Positions 1-9,115 of a DNA stretch of 64,000 bases are shown in pieces. The position numbers and the translations under genes are program-made. Numbering within the stretch: the first letter of the stretch is position 1; every line of letters begins with the position of its first letter. This DNA is from a virus (lineage: Duplodnaviria; Caudoviricetes). The notes beneath the pieces are model-generated. The model saw only the letters and a program-made list of their open reading frames with translations. It did no database searches and had not been told where the DNA came from. The stretch covers positions 1-64,000 of the IMG/VR virus record IMGVR_UViG_3300030330_004154; one strand, 5' to 3'.

Positions 1-954
1 TTCTCTATTGTTAGAAATATGGCGACAAGAGAAGCAGACCACATGCGCGGATCTTACTACATGCACACAGGATTTAAGCCAAGTACAACTATGAGCCACC
101 CATCAATGGGATCTGTAATATCTTACGAACTATCTCAAGGAAGAGATTACCTAGAAATACCGCCATTCTTTTCAATTAGTACAGGAAGTATTGGTGGCGG
201 GTTTCTGGGTTCTGCTTGGAACCCTTTTGTTGTAAGTTCAAACGGTCAAGTTAGAAACCTTGGCGATTCTGTAGATGCAGAAAGGATGCAAGCTCTTGCT
301 GCTATAGAAACAGGCTTTGTAAAAAGAAGCAATAGCGATATGGCAAAAAGTCATATGAAAATGCTACAGCAAACATTTAGGCTTAATACAAGCCCGCAGA
401 TGAAAGCGTTAAAACCAACAGACGAACCTAAGAATGTAATTGACGCTTACGGTGAGACAGGGTTTGGTAAGGGCGCTTTGATGGCGAGAAGATTGCTGCA
501 AACAGGTGTGCCATTTGTAGAGCTTGGCTTTGGCGGTTGGGACTTACACCAAAACACGCACGAAACGTTATCAACTAAACTTCCAGAACTTGACAAGGTG
601 GTTTCTACTCTCATGCTAGATCTAAAACGTCTTGACATGTGGGACAACACTGCTATAGTTATGATGGGAGAATTTGGTAGAACTCCAAAGATTAATCAAA
701 ATGCTGGTCGTGACCACTGGGCAAGGTGCTGGTCTGCATTTGTTTCTGGTGGATTGATTAAAGGCGGTCAAGCGATTGGCTCAACAAGCGACGATGGAAA
801 AGAAATAACTAGCGATCTAGTGTACTCGTCAGAAGATTTAATGATGACAATTTGTAAGTCTCTTGGAATTAGCACAGAAAAAAGCTACACTGCAAAAAAT
901 GGACGACCCATGAAAATTGCAAACAACGGTAAAATAATAGAAGGTTTAGTGTAA
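1..954 (+). CDS. DUF1501 family protein (5'-partial; frame is open from base 1)
   Basis: Motifs SIVRNM..EADH.RG.YYMHTG, HPSMGS, YGETGFGKGALMARRL..GVPFVEL..GGWDLH, GEFGRTP.IN..GRDHW are characteristic of DUF1501. Bases 1-18 read FSIVRN in frame, so the true start lies upstream of the window. Confidence 0.9.
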   Translation, partial: FSIVRNMATREADHMRGSYYMHTGFKPSTTMSHPSMGSVISYELSQGRDYLEIPPFFSISTGSIGGGFLGSAWNPFVVSSNGQVRNLGDSVDAERMQALAAIETGFVKRSNSDMAKSHMKMLQQTFRLNTSPQMKALKPTDEPKNVIDAYGETGFGKGALMARRLLQTGVPFVELGFGGWDLHQNTHETLSTKLPELDKVVSTLMLDLKRLDMWDNTAIVMMGEFGRTPKINQNAGRDHWARCWSAFVSGGLIKGGQAIGSTSDDGKEITSDLVYSSEDLMMTICKSLGISTEKSYTAKNGRPMKIANNGKIIEGLV

Positions 955-1625
955 TGGACCTGTCAGAACTAGATAAGTCAGTAATAAACACGATAGACTC
1001 TATCAAATATAAAAGTAAAACTAAAACCTTAAAAGTTTCTGATAAGATTACTATTGACTGGGAAGGGGTACTTCCAGAGCCGCCAGCAAACACTTCAGAA
1101 GAAACAAAAAAAGAACTTGGGTATTTACACTTACTTACAAACAACCTAACGCCTGAAAACAGAGGGCTTGTAAAACTAGTTGATAAAGAACCCCTAGACT
1201 TATATAAGCCTATCTTTGAAAAGATGGGCAAAAGATTACCCTTGAAAGAATTTAAAAAAGCTTATAATATTTTAGAACCTATAATAAAAAACTTAAAGGA
1301 TAAATTTAATAGACCTCGACCAAAACAGTTGGGTGATATTATGGGTTTTGATATAAAAGTTATTGAAACTGGTACACATCATACGCCCGCATATCCATCG
1401 GGGCATACAGCTTACGCTGCCATCGCAGCTTATTTGTTTGCAGATATGTATCCCTACTATTCGTCAGAATTTTTTAAAATGATAGGTCTTGCTGGATTTG
1501 CTAGATGCCTTCAAGGTGTTCACTATCCATCAGACAATGAAGCATCTATGGTTATAACTGGTGCAGTCTGGCAAGACATTAGATATAAACTATTTCCAGA
1601 ATTAGAACCTTACAGGAGTAAGTAA
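954..1625 (+). CDS. PAP2-family (type 2 phosphatidic acid/acid) phosphatase
   Basis: All three PAP2 motifs are present: KDKFNRPRP, YPSGH, ARCLQGVHYPSD. Start overlaps the upstream stop (TAATG). Confidence 0.88.
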   Translation: MDLSELDKSVINTIDSIKYKSKTKTLKVSDKITIDWEGVLPEPPANTSEETKKELGYLHLLTNNLTPENRGLVKLVDKEPLDLYKPIFEKMGKRLPLKEFKKAYNILEPIIKNLKDKFNRPRPKQLGDIMGFDIKVIETGTHHTPAYPSGHTAYAAIAAYLFADMYPYYSSEFFKMIGLAGFARCLQGVHYPSDNEASMVITGAVWQDIRYKLFPELEPYRSK

Positions 1626-2947
1626 TGCCAATTCCATCAAAAAAAGACGGTGAAGATAAAAGCGCATTTATGAGTCGCTGCATGAGTCAGTTGTCTGACG
1701 AGTATAAAGACGACAAGCAGAGAGCAGCTATTTGCCTTAGCAAAGCCACAGAGGGTCTAGATTACCTTCAAGCTGGAGACTTCTCTCATTATTATAACGC
1801 CTTTGGCTTTACCGAAGAAATTAGTGAAGACAACTTTTACGTTCCGTCAGAAGAAGATTACGAAGACTGGGACGATGGCGAAGTCTTAGAATGGAACTGG
1901 GCCGCAGATCGTCCCGGCTTATGGGAGAACATTCGTAGAAAAAAAGAACGCGAAGGTAAAAATTACAAACCTGCTAAAACCGTTAAAGAGGGTAGGCCAA
2001 CACAAGAACAGCTTAAAAGAGCGCAGTCAGATGTTGATGCCTATGCAGACCACTTAGAAGATGCAGAAGCGCTACAAAGAGGAAAACCGGGGCCAAACGA
2101 TCCCCGTAAAACTCCTGCTCCTAAAAAAGATCAGAAAAAAGGATCTAAAAGAAACAAGCCAGACAGCGCTAAAGACGACAAGGGTAAAATTACTTTTAGT
2201 AAACAGACAGAAGCTAGGCTTAGAGAAATTGTATCTAAACACAACGCTAAAGGCAAAGGACCAAAAGCAAGTTTAGGTATGCTCAAGGCGGTGTACCGCA
2301 GAGGCGCTGGAGCTTACAGTACAAGTCACGCCCCTAAGATGTCAAGAGATGGCTGGGCTATGGCAAGAGTCAGAGCTTTCTTGTATCTTTTAAGAAATGG
2401 TCGCCCAAGCAACCCTAATTACAAGCAAGACAACGACCTTCTACCTTCTAGTCACAAAAGATCTTCTAAGGCAGCGATGTCTCCAAAGCAAAAAGAAGCA
2501 CTGGACAAGAACAAAGATGGCAAGATTAGCAAAGAAGACTTTGAACTTTTGCGTAAAGACAAGGGAAAAGCTAAGTTTGAATATGAAGACCCTAAAACTG
2601 GAGAATTGTTTTACTTTGAGCGCAAAGGTATTTACAAGAAAGACGGTAGATTTTTAGTGCTAAAGCAAAAGTTCTACGCAGAAGAAGTTGATTACACTGA
2701 ATCTGCTGAATATCAAGGTCGCAAAGTCAAGCTGGGTAAACCATTTAGAACCCCCAACGGACCAAAGAAAAGCGCCGTATATGTTAAAAACGATAAGGGT
2801 AAAGTTGTTATCGTTCGCTTTGGTGATCCTAACATGAAAATTAAAAAGAACATTCCAGATCGCCGCAAGAGCTTTAGAGCAAGACATAACTGTGACAATC
2901 CGGGGCCAAGATGGAAAGCAAGGTACTGGTCATGTAAAGCTTGGTGA
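1625..2947 (+). CDS. Mosaic basic phage protein made of small modules (DUF5824-like, EF-hand-like, C-terminal DUF6321-like)
   Basis: Modules: MPIPS..FMSRCM..QRAAIC; PGLWENIRRKK; LKAVYRRGAGAYSTSH..WAMARV; DKNKDGKISKEDF (EF-hand loop); AEYQGRKVKLGKP..FGDPNM..RRKSFRARHNC..ARYWSC. DUF names are recalled from marine phage proteins and were not verified. Confidence 0.65.
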   Translation: MPIPSKKDGEDKSAFMSRCMSQLSDEYKDDKQRAAICLSKATEGLDYLQAGDFSHYYNAFGFTEEISEDNFYVPSEEDYEDWDDGEVLEWNWAADRPGLWENIRRKKEREGKNYKPAKTVKEGRPTQEQLKRAQSDVDAYADHLEDAEALQRGKPGPNDPRKTPAPKKDQKKGSKRNKPDSAKDDKGKITFSKQTEARLREIVSKHNAKGKGPKASLGMLKAVYRRGAGAYSTSHAPKMSRDGWAMARVRAFLYLLRNGRPSNPNYKQDNDLLPSSHKRSSKAAMSPKQKEALDKNKDGKISKEDFELLRKDKGKAKFEYEDPKTGELFYFERKGIYKKDGRFLVLKQKFYAEEVDYTESAEYQGRKVKLGKPFRTPNGPKKSAVYVKNDKGKVVIVRFGDPNMKIKKNIPDRRKSFRARHNCDNPGPRWKARYWSCKAW

Positions 2948-2951
2948 TGCC

Positions 2952-3212
2952 ATGATTAAAAATGTAACTCCAACAAAAATGTATAAAATTAGCGATGAGT
3001 ATAACCTTATCGTTATTGAGGATAGTGAGGGAGAGTTGCATAACTTAGTTTTTTCTAATTCAGAAATATTAAAAGGTAGACTAAGGGGATCAAAATATTC
3101 AGATAAAGTACCAGAGTATAGACTAAAACTTTTAGATTGTACGGAGGTGTTTGTCGTGTCTACTTTTGTTTCCCTTGTCGTAGGAATATTAACTGGATAT
3201 TTTTTGTGGTAA
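2952..3212 (+). CDS. Small hypothetical membrane protein (86 aa)
   Basis: ATG at 2952 just after the upstream stop; C-terminal hydrophobic helix VFVVSTFVSLVVGILTGYFLW. Confidence 0.65.
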   Translation: MIKNVTPTKMYKISDEYNLIVIEDSEGELHNLVFSNSEILKGRLRGSKYSDKVPEYRLKLLDCTEVFVVSTFVSLVVGILTGYFLW

Positions 3213-3224
3213 TTTGTAATTAAC

Positions 3225-3253
3225 TTGAAAAATCTTACCACATCAAGTATAAT
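3225..3253 (+). promoter_or_regulatory. Sigma70-type promoter upstream of dnaE-N
   Basis: TTGAAA (3225-3230), 17-nt spacer, TATAAT (3248-3253) in an intergenic gap. Confidence 0.75.
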
Positions 3254-3300
3254 ATATTGAACTAGCGGCGTTGCCGTATTTTATGTTGAAAGGAATATTG

Positions 3301-4851
3301 ATGACTTGGTTTCCACTGTGTAATTATACGCACTATTCACTGCTTCGTGGATTTTCTAAACCTAATGAGCTTGTAGCAGAATGTAAGAAGCGCGGGTATG
3401 TAGCCTGCGGAATTGCTGATTACAAGTCTATTTCTGGCGCTGTGTCTTTTTATTCAGCTTGTAAGAAAAATGACATCATGCCAATAATTGGCTGTAGTTT
3501 TGATGGCTTCAGCTTGTTTGCAAAAAATAAAGATGGCTGGTATGAGCTTATAGAGCTTGTGTCTTCAATTAAAGATGACGAGGTAGATCCTAAGCTGCTA
3601 TCTAAATCTGTTAAAAGCGAAAACTTGTTTAAAGTAAAGCCAAACAGAGAGTTTCCAGAATCTTACTACGTACAAAAAGAAGACGCAGAACTTCACAGAA
3701 TTCTTTTATGTTCTAACCTAAAGTGTACTATGGCGAAAGCCAAAGACAAAGTTAAAGATACACCTCTACAAAAGTTTTTTGATAAAGATAATTTTTATCT
3801 AAAAGATCTATCTGCAAAAACCAGTGTCTTTGACGATATACTAGAGGAGTGTGAAGAGTATAACATTCTTAACAATCCAATGCTACCTACATTCCCCTGT
3901 CCAAACGGACAATCTGAAGAAGATTACTTGCGTAAACTTGCAAGAAAAGGCTGGAGTGAAAAGTTAGGTAAAAACATTAAGAAAGGTAGTAAAGAGTGGG
4001 ATATCTATGGAGAGAGATTTAAGAAAGAGTTTGAAGTAATTAAAGAAGCAAACCTGTTTGGCTACTTCCTAATTGTTAGCGATATTATCAGGCATGTAGA
4101 GAGTAAGGGCTGGATGGCTGGTCCGGGTCGAGGCTCTGCCGCTGGCTGTTTGATTTCCTACTTAATTGGTATCACGCAAGTAGATCCTGTACAGTTTGAT
4201 TTAATTTTTGAAAGATTCTATAACTCTGGTAGAAATACTGATGGTAATGTTTCTCTTCCTGATATTGATATGGATGTTCCCGCTGGTAAACGAGATGATG
4301 TTATTGATTATCTTCGTGAAACCTACGGAGCAGAACGAGTTAGTCAGATGCTCACGTTTGGTAGACTACAAGGACGAAGCGCAATTAAAGAAGTCCTTCG
4401 TACCTACCAAGCCTGTGGCTTTTCGGAAATGAATGAAATTACAAAAGCAATTCCAGATGAAGCCGCTATCTCTGACCAACTATCACAAATGGATGATGAT
4501 GAGCGATCTATTATTAGATGGGCATTATTAAACAACCCAGAAGACTTGAGGGGTTATTGTTTTGTTAACGATGATGGCGAATTAGAAGGCGATTATGCTG
4601 ACATGTTTGACAAAGCGATTAAAATTGAGGGTACTTTTAAAACTCAAGGTAAACACGCTGCGGGTGTTGTTATCTCAGCAGAGCCACTACATAAGGTTTG
4701 TCCTATGGCTACGCAGAAAAACGCAGATGAAAAAATCGCTGGACTAGAAATGTCAGACTTAGAATCGCTTGGTCACGTCAAATTTGATGTGCTGGGGCTG
4801 TCTACTCTTGACAAGGTTATGAAAATAAAGGAAATACTAAATGAATCGTGA
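3301..4851 (+). CDS. dnaE: DNA polymerase III alpha subunit, N-terminal part (degenerate PHP + palm/thumb)
   Basis: THYSLL, GPGRGSAAGCLISYLIGIT, FERF, PDIDMD, GKHAAGVVI, KFDVLGL; all three catalytic Asp are here. ATG 3301 follows an AAGGA SD. Confidence 0.95.
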   Translation: MTWFPLCNYTHYSLLRGFSKPNELVAECKKRGYVACGIADYKSISGAVSFYSACKKNDIMPIIGCSFDGFSLFAKNKDGWYELIELVSSIKDDEVDPKLLSKSVKSENLFKVKPNREFPESYYVQKEDAELHRILLCSNLKCTMAKAKDKVKDTPLQKFFDKDNFYLKDLSAKTSVFDDILEECEEYNILNNPMLPTFPCPNGQSEEDYLRKLARKGWSEKLGKNIKKGSKEWDIYGERFKKEFEVIKEANLFGYFLIVSDIIRHVESKGWMAGPGRGSAAGCLISYLIGITQVDPVQFDLIFERFYNSGRNTDGNVSLPDIDMDVPAGKRDDVIDYLRETYGAERVSQMLTFGRLQGRSAIKEVLRTYQACGFSEMNEITKAIPDEAAISDQLSQMDDDERSIIRWALLNNPEDLRGYCFVNDDGELEGDYADMFDKAIKIEGTFKTQGKHAAGVVISAEPLHKVCPMATQKNADEKIAGLEMSDLESLGHVKFDVLGLSTLDKVMKIKEILNES

Positions 4852-5515
4852 TATTATTGTCTTTGACTTTGAGACAGGCGGTAGAAATCCACACACTTGC
4901 CAAGCTACTCAGTTGGCGGCATTGGCTCTAGATGGTAGAAACTTTAAGCTCAAAGGTACTTTTAACAGTGAGATATGGGCAGAAACAGACGACGACAAAG
5001 CAGAAAAGAAAGGGCTTGGAGTTATCGAAGATGGCGCTTTGAAAGTGACCGGAAAAACAAGAGAGCAAATATCTAAAGCGCCAAAACCAAAAGCTGTGTG
5101 GTCCAAGTTTTGCAACTTTGTAAATAAATATAACTGGAAAGGCACTCCATTTTTTGCTCCTGTCCCAGCGGGATATAACATAATTGGTTATGATATGATC
5201 TTGGTAAATAGATTTTGCAAGGAGTATGGACCTTGGGACGAATCTAGGCAGTGTCAAAAGCTGTTTAGTCAAGTGTACAAAGTTGACATGATGGACAACT
5301 ATTGGATGTGGACGGAGGGAGATCCAAGTATTAAAACTCGTAGCATGGACAGTATTCGTGAACGTATGGGTATGTCTTCAGAAAATGCTCACGATGCACT
5401 ACAGGATGTTAAAGATACCGCAAATTTGATGATTAAATTTATGAAGACCCACAGAGCGGTCTACAGAAACTTGAAACTTGAGAAGGCATTTGCAGATGGA
5501 AACACTTACGTTTGA
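4841..5515 (+). CDS. DEDDh 3'-5' exonuclease (DnaQ/epsilon-like)
   Basis: ExoI DFETGG, ExoII GYNIIGYD, ExoIII HDALQD. Overlaps both dnaE halves. Confidence 0.9.
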   Translation: MNRDIIVFDFETGGRNPHTCQATQLAALALDGRNFKLKGTFNSEIWAETDDDKAEKKGLGVIEDGALKVTGKTREQISKAPKPKAVWSKFCNFVNKYNWKGTPFFAPVPAGYNIIGYDMILVNRFCKEYGPWDESRQCQKLFSQVYKVDMMDNYWMWTEGDPSIKTRSMDSIRERMGMSSENAHDALQDVKDTANLMIKFMKTHRAVYRNLKLEKAFADGNTYV

Positions 5516-7055
5516 TTATAATGATGAAAAAGCTTGGGATTTATTTGAAGAAGGTAGAACGAAAGGAATCTTTCAGTTAGAGAGCAATCTTGGTCGCTCT
5601 TGGTCAAAAAAAGTTAAGCCTAAAAACTTGGAAGAGCTAGCTGCACTGATTAGTATTTTACGTCCGGGTTGTCTTAAAGCAATCACTGACGGCAAATCTA
5701 TGAGTCAGCACTACGTTGACAGAAAACATAAAGCGGAAGAGGTCACATACCTACACGATTCTCTTAAAGATATTCTTGAACCTACTTACGGGGTTTTGAT
5801 TTATCAAGAACAGTGTATGCGTATCGCCCAAAAGATTGCTGGATTCAATCTACAAGAAGCTGACGTGCTTCGTAAGGCGATTGGAAAGAAGAAAGCTGAT
5901 CTTATGGCTAAGGTTAGAAAAGACTTTATATCGGGCTGTAAAAGGCTTAAAACCGTGGATGAGGCAACTGCCGATGAGATCTTTGGTTGGATTGAAAAAT
6001 CTGCTAGATACTCTTTTAATAAAAGTCATGCAGTTGCTTACGCTATGAATTCATACTTGAGCGCTTGGTATAAAGCTAATCACACTAAACAGTTCTTTCT
6101 GTCCTACCTAATGTATGCAAATGAAAAGCAAGATCCCCATCAAGAAGTTTATGAGCTTGTATCAGAAGCAAAACTTTTTAATATTGAGGTAAAGATTCCA
6201 AAACTATCAGAGTGGTCAGAAGAATTTTTTATTACTAATAAAGGTATATACTTTGGTGTCAAAAATGTAAAGTCATTGACTGGAGTTAATGGCGATAAGG
6301 TCATCAATGCCATAAACGATACAAGCGAAGAGATAAATAAAAGACCAGCTAACTTTACTTGGATGGATATACTTATATATTTATCTACAAAAATTAACTC
6401 AACTGGCTTTAAGGCTCTATGCTCCATAGGTTTCTTTTCAACTAAGAAAACAGGCTTGAGTAGAAACAAAGCGCTGTACGAATACTTAATATTTAAAAAC
6501 CTAACAAAAGCTGAACTTAAATGGGTTACAGAAAATTATAAATCTAAGAAATGGAAGACCTTGACAGATTGCTTTGTTGATCTAGCGCCAACTAAAAAAC
6601 AAGGCGGCGGAACAAGCAAAGCGTCTCGCAGTCAAGACGTTACAAACGAAATCACTTTTTTGGAAAATCCACCATACGAACTTACAGATGACCCATCTTG
6701 GGTTGTAGAGCAAGAAATAAAGTTTTTGGGATGTCCAATTTCGATTTCTAGAATTGAATCGTCAGACACATCTTCTGCAAATACTAGCTGCAAAGAAATA
6801 CTAGACGGTAAAAAGGGTGAAACTCTCTGCGTAGCGGCTAGCGTAAACAGAGTGGCAGACCACAAATGTAAAAACGGCAAGATGATGAGCTTCTTAACCA
6901 TAGAAGACGAAACCTGTTCTCTAGATAGTGTGGTTGTATTTCCAGAAACTAGAGAGAAGTACCAATATATACTTTTTGAAAATAACAATTTACTGTTCTG
7001 CGGGAAGACTGATAAAAATAATTCATTTATTATCAATAAAATACATGAAATTTAG
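5496..7055 (+). CDS. dnaE: DNA polymerase III alpha subunit, C-terminal part (fingers, HhH, OB fold)
   Basis: G.TKGIFQLES, LRPG, TYGVLIYQEQCM, ADVLRKAIGKKK, YSFNKSHAVAY, and the OB-fold motif KNGKMMSFLTIEDET. Probable ATG at 5496. Confidence 0.95.
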   Translation: METLTFDYNDEKAWDLFEEGRTKGIFQLESNLGRSWSKKVKPKNLEELAALISILRPGCLKAITDGKSMSQHYVDRKHKAEEVTYLHDSLKDILEPTYGVLIYQEQCMRIAQKIAGFNLQEADVLRKAIGKKKADLMAKVRKDFISGCKRLKTVDEATADEIFGWIEKSARYSFNKSHAVAYAMNSYLSAWYKANHTKQFFLSYLMYANEKQDPHQEVYELVSEAKLFNIEVKIPKLSEWSEEFFITNKGIYFGVKNVKSLTGVNGDKVINAINDTSEEINKRPANFTWMDILIYLSTKINSTGFKALCSIGFFSTKKTGLSRNKALYEYLIFKNLTKAELKWVTENYKSKKWKTLTDCFVDLAPTKKQGGGTSKASRSQDVTNEITFLENPPYELTDDPSWVVEQEIKFLGCPISISRIESSDTSSANTSCKEILDGKKGETLCVAASVNRVADHKCKNGKMMSFLTIEDETCSLDSVVVFPETREKYQYILFENNNLLFCGKTDKNNSFIINKIHEI

Positions 7056-7073
7056 GTCTGATCAAAGTATAAC
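7045..7073 (+). promoter_or_regulatory. Putative sigma70-type promoter for ssb and the glycan locus
   Basis: ATGAAA-17 nt-TATAAC; same spacing as the 3225 promoter and the same AAG before the -10 box. Confidence 0.45.
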
Positions 7074-7104
7074 AGGTAATACATATTAAATTTTGGAGGA
7101 ATTG

Positions 7105-7425
7105 ATGAATAATTGTACATTTACTGGATATCTTTTGCACGATCCGCAAGTAGATAGTGACGCTGACGGTCCAGCTTGCTGCACTGTAAAAATGATGACT
7201 TGTGAATATCGTAAAAATAAACGTGGTGAAAAGAAAAAAGTTCCTACTACCGTCACGCTGCAAGCGTGGGCTAGTGGTGCAGAAACAATTGCAAAACTTG
7301 CAAAAAAAGGAACTAAAATGACAGTCTATGCTTCTGCCCGAAATGGAGTTATGAAGACAGACGCTACCGATGACGTTGTATTTAGAATTAACGAATTTGA
7401 CTTCGGCTGTTTAGACAAGGAATAA
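7105..7425 (+). CDS. ssb: Single-stranded DNA-binding protein (OB fold, no long acidic tail)
   Basis: MNNCTFTGYL..DP, LQAWASGAETIAK..KKG.KM.V pattern; GGAGGA SD before ATG 7105; adjacent to dnaE. Confidence 0.75.
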   Translation: MNNCTFTGYLLHDPQVDSDADGPACCTVKMMTCEYRKNKRGEKKKVPTTVTLQAWASGAETIAKLAKKGTKMTVYASARNGVMKTDATDDVVFRINEFDFGCLDKE

Positions 7426-7426
7426 A

Positions 7427-9115
7427 ATGAGAAAAAAAAGAATTCTATTTTGCAGTGAAGCTACCTTTCTAAACACAGGGTATGCCACATACACTAGAGA
7501 AATATTAAACTATCTACACTCTACAGGTAAATATGAACTAGCAGAAATGGCGGCTTATGGAGAAAGAGATGACCCAAGAGCGGCTAATATTCCTTGGAAA
7601 TACTATGGCGTAGTTCCAAATCAACAAAATGAACCAAAGGCTTCTCAGCAAGAGTTGGATGCTTACAATGCTACTGCTTCTGCTCAGTTTGGCGAATGGA
7701 TTTTTGAGCATATTTGTTTAGATTTTATGCCAGATATCGTATGTGACATTCGTGACTTTTGGATGTTAGATTTTGCTGAACGATCCCCGTTTAGACCTTA
7801 TTTTAAATGGGCTATCATGCCAACGGTTGACGCTAGACCTCAAGCAAGGCAGTGGGTAGCAACTTATGCAAGTGCAGATGCCTGTCTTACATATTCAGAT
7901 TGGGCAGGCGGTATCTTGCAAGATCAATCTGGCGGCAAGATTAAATATTTAGGTAGCGCACCGCCATCTGCTCACCCTGCATATAAGCCAGTTGAAGACA
8001 AAAGAAAGCATAAACAGCTTATGGGTCTTGATCCAGACTGTAAAATTATTGGTACAGTCATGAGAAATCAAAGACGTAAACTTTACCCAGATCTATTTGA
8101 AGCATTTAAAAAGTTCCTAGATAAATCTGAAGACAAAAACTGTTATTTATATTGCCATACATCTTATCCAGATCTAGGCTGGGACATGCCTGAACTTTTG
8201 AATGAACATGGGATTGGATCTAAAGTATTGTTTACTTATGTTTGCCCAGAAACTAGAAAGCCATTTACATCTGTATTTAAAGGGGCTATGGCGCAATCGC
8301 CTTACACTGGTAGGTTTGGAGCAACACTATCTAACGTAAAAAATGGACTAAGTTATGAAGAATTATCCAACGTGGTAAACTGTTTTGACCTATTTACTCA
8401 GTATGCAAATTCTGAAGGTTTTGGTTTGCCACAAGTAGAGGCTGCCGCCTGCGGAGTGCCTGTGTGCGGAACGGACTATTCGGCTATGGAAAGTGTGTTA
8501 AGGAAGCTAGAGGGTTATCCTATTAAGCCTAAAGCTTTATATAAGGAACTGGAGACCGGATGTTTACGTGCCGTACCAGACAACGATGCGGCGGCAAGTC
8601 TTTTCTTAGAATTCTTTTCAAAATCAGAAGAAGAAAGAATTTCTATTGGAAAAAATACTAGAGAAATGTTTGAGAAGTATTATCAGTGGCATTTAAGTGG
8701 CTCTCAGTGGGAAAAATACTTTGATAGTTTTGAGGCTTTGCCTTTTGAGCAAACGTGGGGTTCTCAACCTAGAATACAAGAACCAGCGCCAAAGATAGAC
8801 TTGTCACAAGCTGGTGCTGTTTCAAACACTCAATTAGCTAAACATTTAATATCAGATGTCTTGAGAGAGCCAGAAAAACTTAATACTTTTTTTGAAGCTA
8901 GACTAACAAGAGACTTGATGTATAAACAGGCGACATCTTCCACGGGTGGTATGTATTACAACGAATCTTCTGCTGCTTTCGATGGAATAAATCGTAGACA
9001 GCCGTTTGATTACAATATTGCTTATGATCAAATGGCAGGGCTGTGCAATAAAAGGAATCAGTGGGAGCAAAAAAGGGCTGAAGTAATGAAGCAAAGGCAA
9101 GAAGCTAGTGTTTAA
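7427..9115 (+). CDS. GT-B glycosyltransferase (GT4-like), 562 aa
   Basis: TGY in the N-terminal loop, IGTVMRNQRRK, EGFGLPQVEAAACGVPV. Confidence 0.9.
   Translation: MRKKRILFCSEATFLNTGYATYTREILNYLHSTGKYELAEMAAYGERDDPRAANIPWKYYGVVPNQQNEPKASQQELDAYNATASAQFGEWIFEHICLDFMPDIVCDIRDFWMLDFAERSPFRPYFKWAIMPTVDARPQARQWVATYASADACLTYSDWAGGILQDQSGGKIKYLGSAPPSAHPAYKPVEDKRKHKQLMGLDPDCKIIGTVMRNQRRKLYPDLFEAFKKFLDKSEDKNCYLYCHTSYPDLGWDMPELLNEHGIGSKVLFTYVCPETRKPFTSVFKGAMAQSPYTGRFGATLSNVKNGLSYEELSNVVNCFDLFTQYANSEGFGLPQVEAAACGVPVCGTDYSAMESVLRKLEGYPIKPKALYKELETGCLRAVPDNDAAASLFLEFFSKSEEERISIGKNTREMFEKYYQWHLSGSQWEKYFDSFEALPFEQTWGSQPRIQEPAPKIDLSQAGAVSNTQLAKHLISDVLREPEKLNTFFEARLTRDLMYKQATSSTGGMYYNESSAAFDGINRRQPFDYNIAYDQMAGLCNKRNQWEQKRAEVMKQRQEASV

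Noticed and set aside
4800-5520. Split intein or group I intron interrupting dnaE
   Set aside because: No intein N- or C-terminal motifs, no non-coding space for intron structure, and the intervening ORF is a DEDDh exonuclease rather than a homing endonuclease.
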